The notes: generated from the letters alone by a model not told the origin. A stretch of 63,426 bases of DNA, filler included, from Saprolegnia diclina VS20 (GCF_000281045.1; 8 parts of 7 records of this genome joined end to end with filler, not necessarily neighbours in it), one strand, 5' to 3'; counted from the whole stretch's first letter, positions 32,662-45,675 are shown. Translations and numbers: made by a program.

Positions 32662-35553
32662 ATGAGCAACTGGAGCCCGTCGCCCGAAGCGCTCCATGAC
32701 GTCGTGACGCTCCTGCAGGCGTCGACGGTCCCGGACAACGCGGTGCAGCAGCAGTTCTACGAGCGTTTAACGCAGTACAGCCAGAACCCCGAGTTTTACC
32801 TCTACCTCCTGCACGTGTTTGCCGCCCACCCCGACATTGGCATCCGCCAAGTCGCCGGCCTCCTCCTCAAGAAGAGCATCAAGTCCATCTACCACACGCT
32901 CTCGCTCGAGATGCAGACGTACATGCGCATGAGCATCCTCGCGCTCCTCGCAGACCCCAATGGCCGCATCCGGTCGACGGCTGGCGTGCTACTCACGACC
33001 GTCGTCGCGCAGCTCGTGACGCTCGAGCAGTGCCCGGAGATGATCCCGGGACTCATTCGGTACCTTGAAGATGCTGCGAACGAGAATGGCGTCGAGGGCG
33101 CGTTTGGCGCGCTCAGCAAGATCTGCGAAGACCACGCGGACAAGCTCGAGAGCCCGAGCCTCCCGACGCGCCCGCTCACGCTGCTCGTGCCCATCTTCCT
33201 CAAGTACTTTCACCACCCGAAGGCCGAGTTTCGCCGCGATGCGCTCAACTGCATCAACCAAGTCATTCTCATCATGCCCGCGTCGCTCGTTGTCAACATG
33301 GACTCGTTCCTGCAGGTACGACCTAGGCCTTCCTTGCTCGTCGACCTCCATGGCGCTCATGAACCTTCTTGCATGTGCTTAGGGCATCTCGCACCTCACG
33401 CAGGACCCGTCGAGCGCCGTGCGCAAGCTCGTGTGCCAGAGCATCGTCATCTTGCTGGAAGTCAACATGCAAGTGCTCATGCCGCATTTTACGTCGATCG
33501 TGCAGTTTATCCTGCGTTCGACCAGCGTACGCTCATTTTCCGTTTCCAATGACGGCCTCTCATGCGGCCACGTGTCCTAGGACGACGACGAGAACGTCGC
33601 CCTCGAAGCGTGCGAGTTTTGGTCGTCGATTTGCGATTTGCCGTCGCACCTCTTCAAGGACGTCAAGCCCGTCCTTAGCCAGACGCTGCCGCATTTGATT
33701 CCGCTCCTTCTCACGCGCATGGTGTACTCGGAGGAGACGATCTCGATGTTTGAGATCGAGGAGCAGGAGCAGAACGAGTCGGTGCCCGACCGTCCGGAGG
33801 ACATCAAGCCCATCTTCCACAAGGCCAAGCCCCAAGAAAACCGCGGCAACACGGACGAAGATGGCGACGACGACGAGGACGACGGCGACATGGACGACGA
33901 CGAAGACGTCGAGCAGTGGACGCTGCGCAAGTCGGCGGCCGCGGGCCTCGACACGATCTCGCACGCGTTCGGCGTCGACATCCTCCCGATTCTGCTGCCG
34001 CTCTTGCAGGAGCGTCTCGGCCACACGGGCCACTGGGCCGTGCGGGAGAGCGGTATTTTGGCGCTCGGTGCGATCGCCGAGGGCTGCATGGACGGCATTT
34101 TGCCGCACCTCCCGGCGCTGTTCCCGTACCTCTTGACGCTCATGGACGACCCGGCGCCGTACATTCGCAGCATCACGTGCTGGACGCTCGGTCGGTACGC
34201 CAACTGGGCCGTCTCGATGAACGACCACGAGACCGTGCTGCGCCCGCTCCTCGAGTCGATGCTGAAGCGCATTTCGGACCCGAACAAGAAGGTGCAGCAG
34301 GCGGCGTGCTCTGCGTTCTGCACGCTCGAAGAAGAGGCTCTCGAGGAGCTCGTGCCGTACTTGACGCCGATTCTGCACAACCTCATGTTTGCGTTTGGCA
34401 AGTACCAAGCGCGGAACCTCCTCATCTTGTACGACGCGATCGGGACGCTCGCCGACTCGGTCGGGAGCTACCTCAACCGCCCGGACCTCGTCGCGGTGTT
34501 TATGCCGCCGCTCATTGTCAAGTGGAACGCGCTCCCGGACGACAACGCCGAGCTCTTCCCGCTCCTCGAGTGCCTCACGTCGATTGCGTCGGCGCTCGGC
34601 GCTGGCTTCCAAGAGTTTGCGGCGCCCGTGCTCGATCGCTGCATTCGCCTCATTGAAAACGGTCTCCTCTCGTCGGCGCTCGCGCGCCAGAGCCCGAACG
34701 AGATTGAGGCGACGGACCCCGAGTTTGTCGTCTGCGCACTTGACCTTGTCTCGGGCATCACGGACGGCCTCACGGGCTCGATGGCGACGTTGATTGGCCC
34801 GACCAACATTTTGAACCTCGTGGTCGAGTGCGTCCGGTTCCACGACGCCAACGTGCGCCAGTCGGCGCTCGCGGTCCTCGGGGACTTTGCCAAGCACTGC
34901 CCGACGCTCGTCCAGCCGCACGTCAAGGAGATTGTGCCGCTCCTGCTCGCCAACATCAACCCCGAGTACCCTTCTGTGTGCAACAATGCGAGCTGGGCGT
35001 TTGGCGAAGTCGCCATGAAGGCCGGGGCCGAGATTGAGCCGTTTGCGTCCGATGCGATGGACAAGCTCCTCTTTGTGCTCAACCAAGTCGACGCCAAGCG
35101 CAACCGCGGTCTCCACGAGAACTGCGCGATCACGATTGGCCGCCTCGGTGTTGTCGTGCCCAAGTCGCTCGCGCCGTCGCTCGCGGTACGTTTTTGTACG
35201 ATTGAGTTTGAGTTTGGCTCACTCGATATGGTGTCTAGAGCTTTGCCAAGCAATGGTGCGCGGCGCTGCGCTTTGTGGGCGATGCGACGGACCGCGAGCA
35301 CTGCTTTACGGGTCTCTGCTACCTCGTCCAGCTCAACCCGCAGGGCATCGTCCAGGACTTTATGACCATGTGTGTGGCGCTCGCGTCGCTCGAGAAGGGC
35401 GACGACGGCTACGACATTAGCAACGAGCTCCATGAGAACCTCCAGCAGATCGTGCAAGGCTTCAAGATGAGCTTGGGCGACAACTGGGCGCGGTACTTTG
35501 CGAGCTTCCCGGGGCCTCTCCAAGAGGTCATCGCCGCCCGCTACCAGGTCTAA
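32662..35553 (+). CDS. TNPO1: Transportin-1 (karyopherin beta-2), HEAT-repeat import receptor, three introns
   Basis: MSNWSPSPE N-terminus, ALSKICED, acidic H8 loop VPDRPEDIKPIFH...WTLRKSAAAGLD, RSITCWTLGRY, ENCAITIGRLG. Confidence 0.93.
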
Positions 35554-35560
35554 GCCCACG

Positions 35561-35584
35561 ATGACGACGACGACGACGACGACC
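35561..35584 (+). repeat. (GAC)n microsatellite just after the TNPO1 stop
   Basis: atgacgacgacgacgacgacgacc. Confidence 0.8.
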
Positions 35585-35728
35585 AAGGGCGCAGTAGGAA
35601 CAACATGGATGATGATGTAGGATTTAGGATGGTAGGCACAGAAGAAGCGTCGGGTAGAAGTACAGGTGTAGTAGGCACACGAGTAGTAGTAAGCTTTAGT
35701 AGTAGTAGTAAGTAGAGAATATAAACGA

Positions 35729-36541
35729 CTAGCATGTCCCTTGCTTCATACTCGCACTCGCCTTGGCCTTCTTGTGCGCCAGCGGCGGCTTGCCCTTGGC
35801 GACGCGCTTGGTCGTCGGCGTAACCTCCATCGTGAGCTTGACCAAGCCTTTTGTCACCGAGTCGTCGCTCGCCACCATGGCCACGACCGCCGTCGCGAGG
35901 CACGTGGCGACTTCAACTGGACACGCGCTGTCGTGGGCGTCGCGGAAGAGCTGGAGGAGGTCGCCGTGGTTCTTGGCCGACGCAATGCTGGCAATGAGCT
36001 GCATATCTAGACAGACATGTACGTTAGGATTCTGCGCAAGTCGAGAGATGCGAGTACTTGCGACGCGGAGGTCCGACTCGACGGACGATGTGTTCATCTC
36101 GATGCCCTTTTCGATCGCCGTGAGGTCGCGCACAAGGCGCTCGTAGTGGTCCATGACGTCGTACACGGTCTTGCCGGGCAGCGCGAGCGCGATCTTGGTC
36201 CAGGACGGCGACCCGTGGTTGGGCTCGTGGGCGAGGGCGTCCTCAAAGATCGCGTTCTCTTCGTCGCTCCACACGCGCGGCTGGTGGGCCTCGAGCAGCG
36301 ACTGCGTTAAGAGCGCGTGGAGGTAGAACTCGCCATGCTCCTTCGTCTCGCACTCGGAGCGCGACCCGACGCAGGCCGCAATGAGCGCCCATGGCGGCGA
36401 GGCCGACGCGCCGTAGAGCTCGAGGCCGTCGATGAAGCGCGTGTGCTCCTCCGCAGTCCATGGCCGCTCCGAGTCGCGGGGCGCGTCCGCACAAGGAAGC
36501 TCGGCAAGCATGCGCTGCCACCTCGCGGGCGTCGTCGACAT
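35729..36541 (-). CDS. Myb/SANT-domain protein with two repeats
   Basis: WTAEEHTRFIDGLELYG..W..IAACVGSRS; WSDEENAIFEDALA...WTKIALALPGKTVYDVMDHYERLVRDL. Confidence 0.85.
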   Translation of the reverse strand: MSTTPARWQRMLAELPCADAPRDSERPWTAEEHTRFIDGLELYGASASPPWALIAACVGSRSECETKEHGEFYLHALLTQSLLEAHQPRVWSDEENAIFEDALAHEPNHGSPSWTKIALALPGKTVYDVMDHYERLVRDLTAIEKGIEMNTSSVESDLRVASTRISRLAQNPNVHVCLDMQLIASIASAKNHGDLLQLFRDAHDSACPVEVATCLATAVVAMVASDDSVTKGLVKLTMEVTPTTKRVAKGKPPLAHKKAKASASMKQGTC

Positions 36542-37242
36542 CGAAATTGCGCGACGAACACCACGCGTTGGATCTTTTTCGCGTATCCGGATATCCGGCT
36601 TCCAGGATCCAGTCTCCCACATCGAGCAAACGAGCAGCAGTCATGCTGCGTTGGATCGTATTTTTGCTCGTCCAGAATGTATCTTTCCCAGGCCAGTCCC
36701 GTGGGTCCCTGTTCTTACTGCATAGACTGACGGCGAGGTGGCTGCCTTCCGCGTTCGCCGTGGTTTGTATCAACTTTGTATCAATCCGAGACAACCGCTT
36801 GCAATCTAGACGGGATCATGGGTCAATAAACATGACGGGATGCTATCTTGAGACCGCCGCGTGCTTTGCAGGTGCACCTAGCGCGTAGTGGTTGCGAGAG
36901 GGAGCGTGGCGCATGTAGCCGCCGCCAGGGTCTGCAGCATGAGGCTGAGCAAGGAACGCAGAATGCAACGTCCAGGGGCAAGCAGTTTCTGCGCCGAGCT
37001 CATGACATCCCAAATCGCATCAACTCGGTGCCATAAGACTGTCGAGCTCATAGCCCGCGAGGACTCTCGAACCCAAGAACTTCTGTGATACTAGCACTGC
37101 NNNNNNNNNNNNNNNNNNNNNNNNNNNNNNNNNNNNNNNNNNNNTTAATTAATTAANNNNNNNNNNNNNNNNNNNNNNNNNNNNNNNNNNNNNNNNNNNN
37201 CAGAGGTTGTCTGTTGGAGCTGTACCATTCTATCACCGCTGG

Positions 37243-39548
37243 TCAATGGAGCACGGGGCGCTGCGGGAGGCAGAAGTTGTAAAAGCTTCGTGGCGCAAAC
37301 GCCGTTGATTTGCGCCAGCCGCATGCGACGCCCTTGAAACCTTCGAGGGATACGGTCTACCCACACATAAGAATGGACGTTCTCTGAGGCACAAGTACCT
37401 TGGTTTGAATCGTCACCACCTCATCGGGGCCAGTGTAGTGCGGATCCAGAACCAAAAACGCCACGTCGCCCGTCACCGCGTGAATGTCAACGCCAAGCAG
37501 CGTGTACGCCATGGAAGCGCCGCCTACGACCTCTCAGGAGCGTTCGTGCATCGTACAGGCCGCACCCATCATGACGGGCGTCCCTTGCGTTTCAAAATGG
37601 AGCGCGAGGTCGTGCGCTCGGGACGCCAAGTCGGCGCCCGACGCACAGTAGAGGCTGCGAAAAGTAATCTACGCACAGTGTTGGCGGCGCAGTCGCGTCA
37701 AGAACGAGCGTACCCCGTAGCGCTCGTCGAGCACAAATCCCACTTCGATGGACCCAATCCAGTCGGAGGAGCCCAGAAAGCGGGGCGGTTTGTCGCCAAT
37801 GTGTACCAGTGTCTCTTGGATCTCGCGGTGGGTCGGGACAGGACCCTACAAAGCACGATCGATTGAGCGTATAGAGGTACCATTGATGGATAACCGGGTT
37901 GTAGTGGTTGAGCACAAGCCACGAAGCCAGGGTTTGAAGCGACCGATACGCACAACCCCAGCCCTATTGGCGGGAACGTCGTCTCACGACCGTGATCGAT
38001 ACCGCAAGTACCTTGTCGTTGACGCCTTGCTGCATGTAATGGTAGAAGGCATAGTCGCCCGAGACGAGAAACTGCGTGCCACCCGCACCCTTGGAAACAG
38101 AAATGCCCACGTGCACGTTGAGAAGCACGTCTGACGGTGGCTGCGTCCGGGACAGAGACCATGCACCCGCAGGTAAAAACGTCGGGTGGAGCGGCTGGTA
38201 AAAGAGCCCGTGGAGGTGGTCGCGTGACGACGGCGGCACCTCGTGGCCGTCCACGGACCATACGGCAACGGGGTGCATCGCGCCATTACGCAGTGGAAAC
38301 TGATGGCATCGAAGCTGCTGCGTTTCGGGCTGAAGATGCTTCATGGATTCACAAAGCTACAACGCGCGCTGCGGTCGAATATGAGTGCGAAGCGCGGCTA
38401 CCTGGTCGGTGAGGCGATTCGCTAGCGTCTGGAGCACAAGCGCGAGCGGCGAGCGCGTCGGGAGGCAGCATACAACATCCACGGTGATGGACAGATGATC
38501 TATCTTTCAACATGAAACAAGTCATGCTGCAACCGGCGTACCGCGGAATGACGAGGTTATGACGGGCGCGGTGCCAGTCGACGGCGTCATTGACGTCAGG
38601 AGCTCCATATAGCAAACGCGCCCGTAGCGCACGTCCTCCGAGGCAACGTGCGTGGACGCAACCGGTTGGCTCTTCTTTGGCGCGTCGTCCCAACCGTCGT
38701 TGGCGCGTTGCGCCTTCTTGGCTCGAGGTTTGGGGCGAACGATCTCGGAGAGCGACCATGCCGACCGCTTTCCACGTGATGACGTATGGACAACGTCGCC
38801 CGCTCGCGACGCGATATCGCCGGACGGAAGCTCGAAGTACATGGCCTCCGGGGCCGATAGCATGGCGACGCGCTCGTCGATGGCCGATCGCGCTGCCATG
38901 CTTCGGTCGCGCCCATCTCTCGTCTTTGGAGGTTCGATCAAAATTGGAAAATCGAGATGATTGAGCAGCGTACCCAAGCGATGTCAAGCGTGGCAAAGCA
39001 GCGCACGATCCCGTACTCGATGGCTGCCGTAAACGGCGATGCGCAGTGGCCGGGCGTCGCGACCACGGTCACAGGGATGAGGGGCTCCTACATCATCGAG
39101 CATCGTATCGTCACCAGCCGACGTCGTCGACGTACCTCGGAGCTGCTAGGGAACATGCGCAGCGACTTTGTCTCGCTCTCGTAGACCAACGCGTACGTCG
39201 TCGTCGTGAGGTCGTGGAGCTTCGAGGCGAGTTGCGTCCCTACAGTCTGCACGCTTAGCATCCCCAGCATCTGCATCGCGGGGCGCAAGTCGTACGAAGG
39301 GTCGTCTCGTCTAGAGGCGTGGGCACGACGTGGATGACGCCAAGCGTGCCGAGCCCGCTCGGAAGCATCTCGCTCACGCTCCTATGCATGCATCCGTTGA
39401 CAGTTCCGCCTCCTGTCGCGCACCGCATCGAGCTCATGGACCATACGGCGATGCATGCTTCGTCCTGCGTCCCGAGGATGTACGTGGTCGCATCTTCCTC
39501 GAGCTGGGCCATGGCGGCGACGAGGCCGCTCGGGACGACCGCGATCAT
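37243..39548 (-). CDS. UFSP2: Ufm1-specific protease 2 (peptidase C78), highly intron-split and absent as a single ORF from the track
   Basis: Spliced reading gives [26 protein letters not shown] (catalytic Cys), [15 protein letters not shown] (catalytic Asp/His) and C-terminal GWRK...[10 protein letters not shown]; intron 38973-38924 links upstream exons in frame. Confidence 0.88.
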
Positions 39549-39710
39549 GCTGCAGTTCAAATAATAAGGCAACTAACCGGTTTGCAAACGATTAGCATAG
39601 CCGATTGGAAGTGGAATCGGTTCGGGGTGTCGCAGGTGTGGGACCGGTTACTCGCGGTTGACGCAAGCCCGTTTGATTGAACGCGACGGCGTCAACACCT
39701 TTGATTGAGG

Positions 39711-40616
39711 ATGAAGCAGCGCAAGTCGACGCCCGTCGCCGCCCCGCCGACCACGCCCGCCACGAAGGCTGCGCCGGCGCCTGCTTTCTTCTCGGTTGGC
39801 CTCTTGCCGACGATGATCCCGGTCTCGGGCCTGCTCACGATGGCGGCCACAATGGTCTACACGTGCCAGCACCACTACAAGTGCACGGAGACGTACCCGA
39901 CGCTGTCGACGGCGGCGATGGCCCATCCGCAGTTCTACGTCTTTGGCATTGGCATGAACCTCACGTCGTACTTCATCTTCCTCACGATCTCGCTCCTCAC
40001 GACGTACATCCAAGAGCAGCGCAATATGACCAAGTACGCGTGGGTCTACTACGTCTGGGGTCTCCTCACGTCTTCGGGCCTCACGGTTCTCTGCACGTTT
40101 GACATGAAGCGCTGGCGCAACACGCACATCATCTCGACCATCTTCTTCTTTGTGAGCTCGTGGATCATGATGATCATGGCCCAAATCGCGCGCCTCCGTA
40201 TTGCGTCGCCGGCCCACGCGTACGATCCGCAATATAGTAGCGTGAAAGCTCACGTGTTGCCTAGGTACCATGTCAAGTGGGGTTCGTTCTTCATCGGCCT
40301 CGGCGTCTTCCTCACGTCCTTGTGTACGTCCTTGTCATCGATCTCGAAGCGCCCGGTTGATGGATGGTTGTGCGTAGTTGGCTTTTTCTATGTGACCGTC
40401 CACGGCTACATTGCCAACCCGTATGGCTTGACATACTCGCAGGAGGCGCTGCTCGAGCTCGTCTCGATCGTATGCCAGCTCTTGTACATGGGCACGCTCT
40501 CGTCCGAAGTCGGCTCGCTCCAGTCCTTCCAGAAGCAGCGACCGTTCCTCCGCGCCATGGACTACGTGGCCTTGGTCGTCCTCATCGCTGCCGTCTTTGC
40601 GGTCGAATGGCTCTAA
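39711..40616 (+). CDS. Frag1/DRAM/Sfk1-family multi-pass membrane protein
   Basis: About six TM segments with YPTLS..A..P, H....FF and a conserved Glu in a late TM; two short in-frame introns likely. Confidence 0.7.
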   Translation: MKQRKSTPVAAPPTTPATKAAPAPAFFSVGLLPTMIPVSGLLTMAATMVYTCQHHYKCTETYPTLSTAAMAHPQFYVFGIGMNLTSYFIFLTISLLTTYIQEQRNMTKYAWVYYVWGLLTSSGLTVLCTFDMKRWRNTHIISTIFFFVSSWIMMIMAQIARLRIASPAHAYDPQYSSVKAHVLPRYHVKWGSFFIGLGVFLTSLCTSLSSISKRPVDGWLCVVGFFYVTVHGYIANPYGLTYSQEALLELVSIVCQLLYMGTLSSEVGSLQSFQKQRPFLRAMDYVALVVLIAAVFAVEWL

Positions 40617-41178
40617 ACACCCAACAACACGTAGAGGTCTTGACACGCAACGTGGTTGGTCTGCTGCATTTGCAGCGCGTCGGTTGGTCAGGCCGGTTGA
40701 TACTTTGATAAAAATGCGCCAACGCTGTGGACCACAGAGAAACAACAACTCGATCAGCTCTGCAGCTCCGCAGCGCCTGAAGCCGACGTTATACTCTGCG
40801 CACGCAGCACGTAATAGGAGGCCGAGGATGTGCTTGCAGTTGCATTGACTCACGGGACGAGGCTGCGCTTCGATGCGCTGGGGCTAGGGCATTCAAGCGC
40901 GCTCAGCCAGCCGAGATCATGGAAGGGTGGGTGATCCGCATTGCTTGACGCCATCGCCACCAACTTGCCCACCTCGCTCACAGCATCTGGTGCGATCGAG
41001 CGACTCACCGGCTGCCCAACCAGATCATCACTTGCCAGCCCACCATCCAAGCCAGCTACTCGTCGCCTCGTCGCACGTTGTTGCTACTTCAATAAGATAG
41101 TTGGATTCACAAATGCTTAGGTCTCTGCTTCGTCTTCTACGTCTACTCGGTTGACTACATATCGTACACTCACTTTAA

Positions 41179-42726
41179 CTACATGATGACACAGCCTTCT
41201 TCTTCGTCGTCGCCGGGCTTGGCGGCCGCGTCCGCTGCAGGCGACGTCGACGCCTTCTCCGTGCACGGACACGCAAAGCTCGAAGACACGCCCGCAAAGT
41301 AGCAGCGGCCGCAGTCGTCGCAGTGCACGTCGCGGTGGTCGCCGCAACGCTTGCACTTGGCGCAATGGTTGCGCTTGGCCTTCTCGCGGTCGCAGAGCTT
41401 GTTGGAGCACCATGAAAAGTCGTAGCTCTTCGCACAGCCACCGCACACAAAGCCATCAATGCACTGGAGGATCGAGATCCCTTGGTTCGACGCCAGGCCC
41501 GGGCAGCACGGAACCGGAATGACTTCGTGAAGCTTGGTCATCATGTCGCGGATCTTGGAGAGGTTGTGCATGAAGCAGTCGTCGCGCACGAGCGTCGAGA
41601 CGTCAATGCCGGCCATCGCGATCGACAAGAACGGGTTCTTGCACGACGTGCAACGGCACGTGACGCCGCACATGCTGCCTTCCTTGACGCAGGCGCAGCG
41701 CCCGTTGCGACACCCGCCCGCGCACCGGCACGAGTTGGTCTTGGTCGACGCCGGCAGCATCACGACAGACGGACTCATCTTGAGGTCGCGAAGCGGCGGG
41801 TCAGCCTTGATGGGCGACGGCAGCGACGGGCGGTGCAGATGCGCCGTGTTGGGCCGCGGCGCAATGTGCACCATGCGTGGTGCCTGGGACGGCGACGGCG
41901 CTGGCCGAGACAGCGTCGGCGCAAGCGCTTGGCCGTTGTTGAGGACCATCCAGTAGTTTGGCAGCGTCGTCTGCGGAATGTACTGCGGCGGCGGGTGCGC
42001 ATGCGAATGGTGGTGGTGATGCTCGTGGTGATGGTGGTGCGACTCATCCACCGACTCGTCCATGGTCATCTCCTCGAGGACTTCCATGTCTTCAAGCGGC
42101 AAGAGATCCAACTCGTCCGTCTCGGACGCCTTGGCGTGCGACAAAAAGTCAATCAGGTCCGCGTCGTGCATGAGAGCCGCGTTGTGGCTGTCGACGTCCA
42201 TGTCATCGTCGCTGTCGTCGTCGTCCTCTTGCATGATGGCATCAACGTCGTTCGACGTGTCGTTGTCCTGGAAGGTCGGCGCCAGCTGGACGCGATCGAC
42301 GCCCGTGCGGCAGAGCGGGCACGACCGGTTGGTGCGGAACCAGCGCAGGAAGCAGCGCGAGTGGAAGACGTGGCCGCACGGTACCATCTGCGTGTGCGCG
42401 TTGCTCGAGAGGCACACCGAGCACTCGCGGATCGAGATCGGAAGCGTCGCCACTTGCTTGGAGATGACGTTGCAGGCCTTGGCGATTTCGACTTGGAGCT
42501 GGTCTACGCCCGTGTTGGCCGGGTGGAACTGCTGGCCGTACTTGGTTGGCTCGTCCTTGAAGGCGGCAGGCGCGGCGAAAGGCTTGGCGCGCTGCTGCAT
42601 CACAGGGGCGGTCGCCTGGGCGTAGTAGCCCGAGGTGCGTCCGTCGCTGCGAGAGTCCACGCAGATGACCTTGCCGGTGTGGTGGCCACCCCAGCCGTCC
42701 AGTTGAACACGCTTCACGCCGGGCAT
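41179..42726 (-). CDS. RING finger plus CXC-type Cys-rich protein
   Basis: CSVC...PCGHVFHSRCFLRWFRTNRSCPLCR (RING-H2); CRCAGGCRNGRCACVKEGSMCGVTCRCTSCKNP (CXC); poly-His tract; further Cys clusters. Confidence 0.85.
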   Translation of the reverse strand: MPGVKRVQLDGWGGHHTGKVICVDSRSDGRTSGYYAQATAPVMQQRAKPFAAPAAFKDEPTKYGQQFHPANTGVDQLQVEIAKACNVISKQVATLPISIRECSVCLSSNAHTQMVPCGHVFHSRCFLRWFRTNRSCPLCRTGVDRVQLAPTFQDNDTSNDVDAIMQEDDDDSDDDMDVDSHNAALMHDADLIDFLSHAKASETDELDLLPLEDMEVLEEMTMDESVDESHHHHHEHHHHHSHAHPPPQYIPQTTLPNYWMVLNNGQALAPTLSRPAPSPSQAPRMVHIAPRPNTAHLHRPSLPSPIKADPPLRDLKMSPSVVMLPASTKTNSCRCAGGCRNGRCACVKEGSMCGVTCRCTSCKNPFLSIAMAGIDVSTLVRDDCFMHNLSKIRDMMTKLHEVIPVPCCPGLASNQGISILQCIDGFVCGGCAKSYDFSWCSNKLCDREKAKRNHCAKCKRCGDHRDVHCDDCGRCYFAGVSSSFACPCTEKASTSPAADAAAKPGDDEEEGCVIM

Positions 42727-43943
42727 GGTTAGATCTACGTACGTTGGTGCATGAGATCCTCATGCGGAGGTAGCTCACATACCAATCTACTTGGGAACTG
42801 CTGTGCACCAAAGCCGCTCTGCCCCAACGCTAGCGACCGGAAAGAACTGTAACACACGACCGCTGATTGGCTGAAAAGAGGATTACCCAACATTTGGTTG
42901 CGACAGGGCCACGCTCATATCCTAATTAGGATAAAATCACTGAATCTCGGCCAACTCTGCGCCGCCTTTTCGCAGAGGCCCGGTCGCGCTCGCTTCTTGG
43001 TCGATGGCACGCAAGCTGTTGCGTCCAAGTGGCACGGCACGACGCTTTCGAGAACCAGGCTGGCAACGCATTTTCGAGTCTTTTGGCAAGAAAACCCTAA
43101 TTAGGACAGTGGTGGCCCAACCAGGACCGCACCCAACTCGGAGGTGGCTTCAAGTTGAACCTATCCGATGGCGCCACCTGCGCTGCTGCAACGAGCTCCG
43201 CAACGAACCAAGCAACACCGCTGCTTGTGCTTCACGCAGCTTGGCCGTCGTCGTGCGTGGGTACGTAGCTCTGCCTGGGTACGTAGCTCTCTCGGTAGAA
43301 GACGCGTCGTGTCGGCGGATCAGGTTGTGCCGAGTAGCTAGCTCCAAGTCGCGCCGACGTGTCTCTGCGCTGCGCTCGGAAAGAGCAAACTTCAACATCC
43401 CGCGGGTTTATACAAATCTTGTCCACAAGTGCGTGCGAGCTGTGGTCGGCTGGGGATGGGTTTGAGTCACCGTCTCCGACGACACCGGCATGCAGCTTGC
43501 CGCGTGGGTGCCGGCGGCCAAAGATTGCCTTGTTTCTGTCGCAGACCAAACCGAGGTGCAGCAAAAGAGTGCGAATAAATGAGTTGGGTGTGTTTATCGT
43601 AGTGTAGTTGTATAATATAGGAAAGCGCGTCAAGACGCCGCGTGCGCGATCATCATCATCATCATCGAGTTAGCTTCGCCGTGCCGACTACTTCCAGTGG
43701 TAGCGAGTGTGGCGAGCTACGCGGCCGACGGCATCGAGAGCGCTGGCTTGAACTTTTTGTTGTCTGCCCACGAGGTTGTTCGCTACACAAAGAATACGAT
43801 GAGTGCGTGCAACGACAGGCGGCCTCTACCTGCTGCTGTTGCAGTCCTCGACGCCGGGCAGCTTCTACGGGACGTGGTTCGGCCGAACGCGGAGTGGGAT
43901 GCGACGCCGAGTACGGTTGGTTCTCTAGCCAAGCAACGGTCCG

Positions 43944-45135
43944 CTACACACCATGCGCGTCAGAAACGACGCACCCAACTAGACAACTGAGTATTAATAC
44001 CTGGTTCGGGTTGAGCGACGGCGCTTGATGTGAAAATGCGCTGCTCGAGATCGGCCGCTGCGTGGCCAAGTCGTTTGCACGTGCTTGCCGCCGGGCGTAG
44101 AGCAAGAGGTTGACCCAGAGCTCCATCTTTTCCATCGAGCTGGCACGGACGAGGCAGCTAAAGCCGCCGAGGAGCTCGAGCTGGAAGTCGGTCTTGTTGA
44201 GGGGTGCAATCTTGGTCACCGACTTCATCTCAAGCTTGCCTACGCCATCATAAGCATAAGTACTTGTAGGTGCCAGTCCCGTACCTTTCGGGATCTTCCA
44301 GTAACTTCGCTTGAAAAAGAGCAGCTCGCCTTTCGCAAAGTCGAGGTAGAACCAGCGCTTGTGCCAGCTGCTCAGGAAGTGAAAGCCCGAGTTCTTGAGG
44401 ATGCGGAGATGGCCAAAGTACGGCTGGAGCGTTGACGGCGAGTTGTGCATACCAGCCAGGCACACGCTGTCGGCAAAGCTAGCTTCGCTGCCGAGTTCGC
44501 TGTCTTCCGTCTCGTAGCCATCGTTCGCACTTTCGCAAAGCATCGTGAGCCGGAGGCGCTCGATGGCCTGTACAGTGTTCTTGACGCCTTGCAGCGCCTG
44601 GTTGACGCTGGCTTTGAACTTGGACGTCTCGTGTTGAATCTTGGAGACCGCGGCCTGGCTCTGCATGTACTCGTTGAAGAGCTCGGTGAGGCACGCGTTC
44701 TCTTCGACTTCTTCAAACTGCTCGGCCTCCGAGCGCGCGACGCGCTCTGGCGCGGGCTTGCAGCCTTCGCCCCAGAAGCTCTTGATACCAATGTAGTTCA
44801 TAAAGACGTGCACCGTGTTGGACTCCATCGAGTCGTAGTAGCCCGACGTCTCAAAGAACGCCGAGCCATCGATCGGTGCTGTGCTCTACAAGAAGCCATG
44901 AGTCGTCCACCGCCGGTCCGTCTCGTACCGCGTAGACGTCTTCGAGGTGCTTCTCAAAGAGCGTCGAGGCCGGCGTGTGCGTGTACATCGTGCTGTCCCG
45001 CTGGAAGTAGCCGCTGTCGCGTCGTACGAACGGGGCGGGCTCGGTCGTGAGCATCGTACTTGGTCGGTCGAGCGGCGGGACCGGCAGCACGTCGTCGTCC
45101 ACTCTGTCGAAGGGAAGATCACAAGTAAAGCGCAT
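43944..45135 (-). CDS. PH-domain protein, multi-exon
   Basis: GHLRILK...SWHKRWFYLD...LLFFK...PKG...LVRASSMEKMELWVNLL. Confidence 0.8.
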
Positions 45136-45675
45136 TGCGCGATACAAACTCCAAGTATACGACGAGTGTTCAGACCATCGACGCAAAAAAATGGGCACCT
45201 CTTTCGTCATTGATAAAATGCCACCAGCTGCTATTGCACTTGGTCTTTGTATGTCTTGCGCACCCGCTGGAATAAAAATGAGTCGACAGAAAAAGCAGCG
45301 AGATCCCGTCGACCAACACTCCACCATGCCGGCCGACGACGCGCTGAGCTTGTGGGCAGAGGACCGAGCCGCGCGAACGAGCCGAGTGCCATCGCTTGGG
45401 TTGATGGGTTGGTGGTCATGGGTGGAGAGCGCGCCCGGCAATGGTGGCACGAACCGTACGACTTCCACTGCACCGTCCCCATCCGTGCGACTGGCCATAG
45501 AACGAGGAGGAACCGCGGTGTAATGGTGTTGTGCATATCGTGTCGACGGTTGCATCAGATCTTAGCGTCTTATTCGTGCCCAGGTACGAGGTGGCGGAGG
45601 TGATGGCCATGGAGCGAAACACTGGGCACGACACGCTGTAAAGGTCGGGCTACGTGCATTCGCGACGAACTTTCG

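Noticed and set aside
38924..38973. INR/FPR-like promoter motif suggesting a separate gene start
   Set aside because: It lies within a GTACGC...AAAG intron that joins UFSP2 exons in frame.
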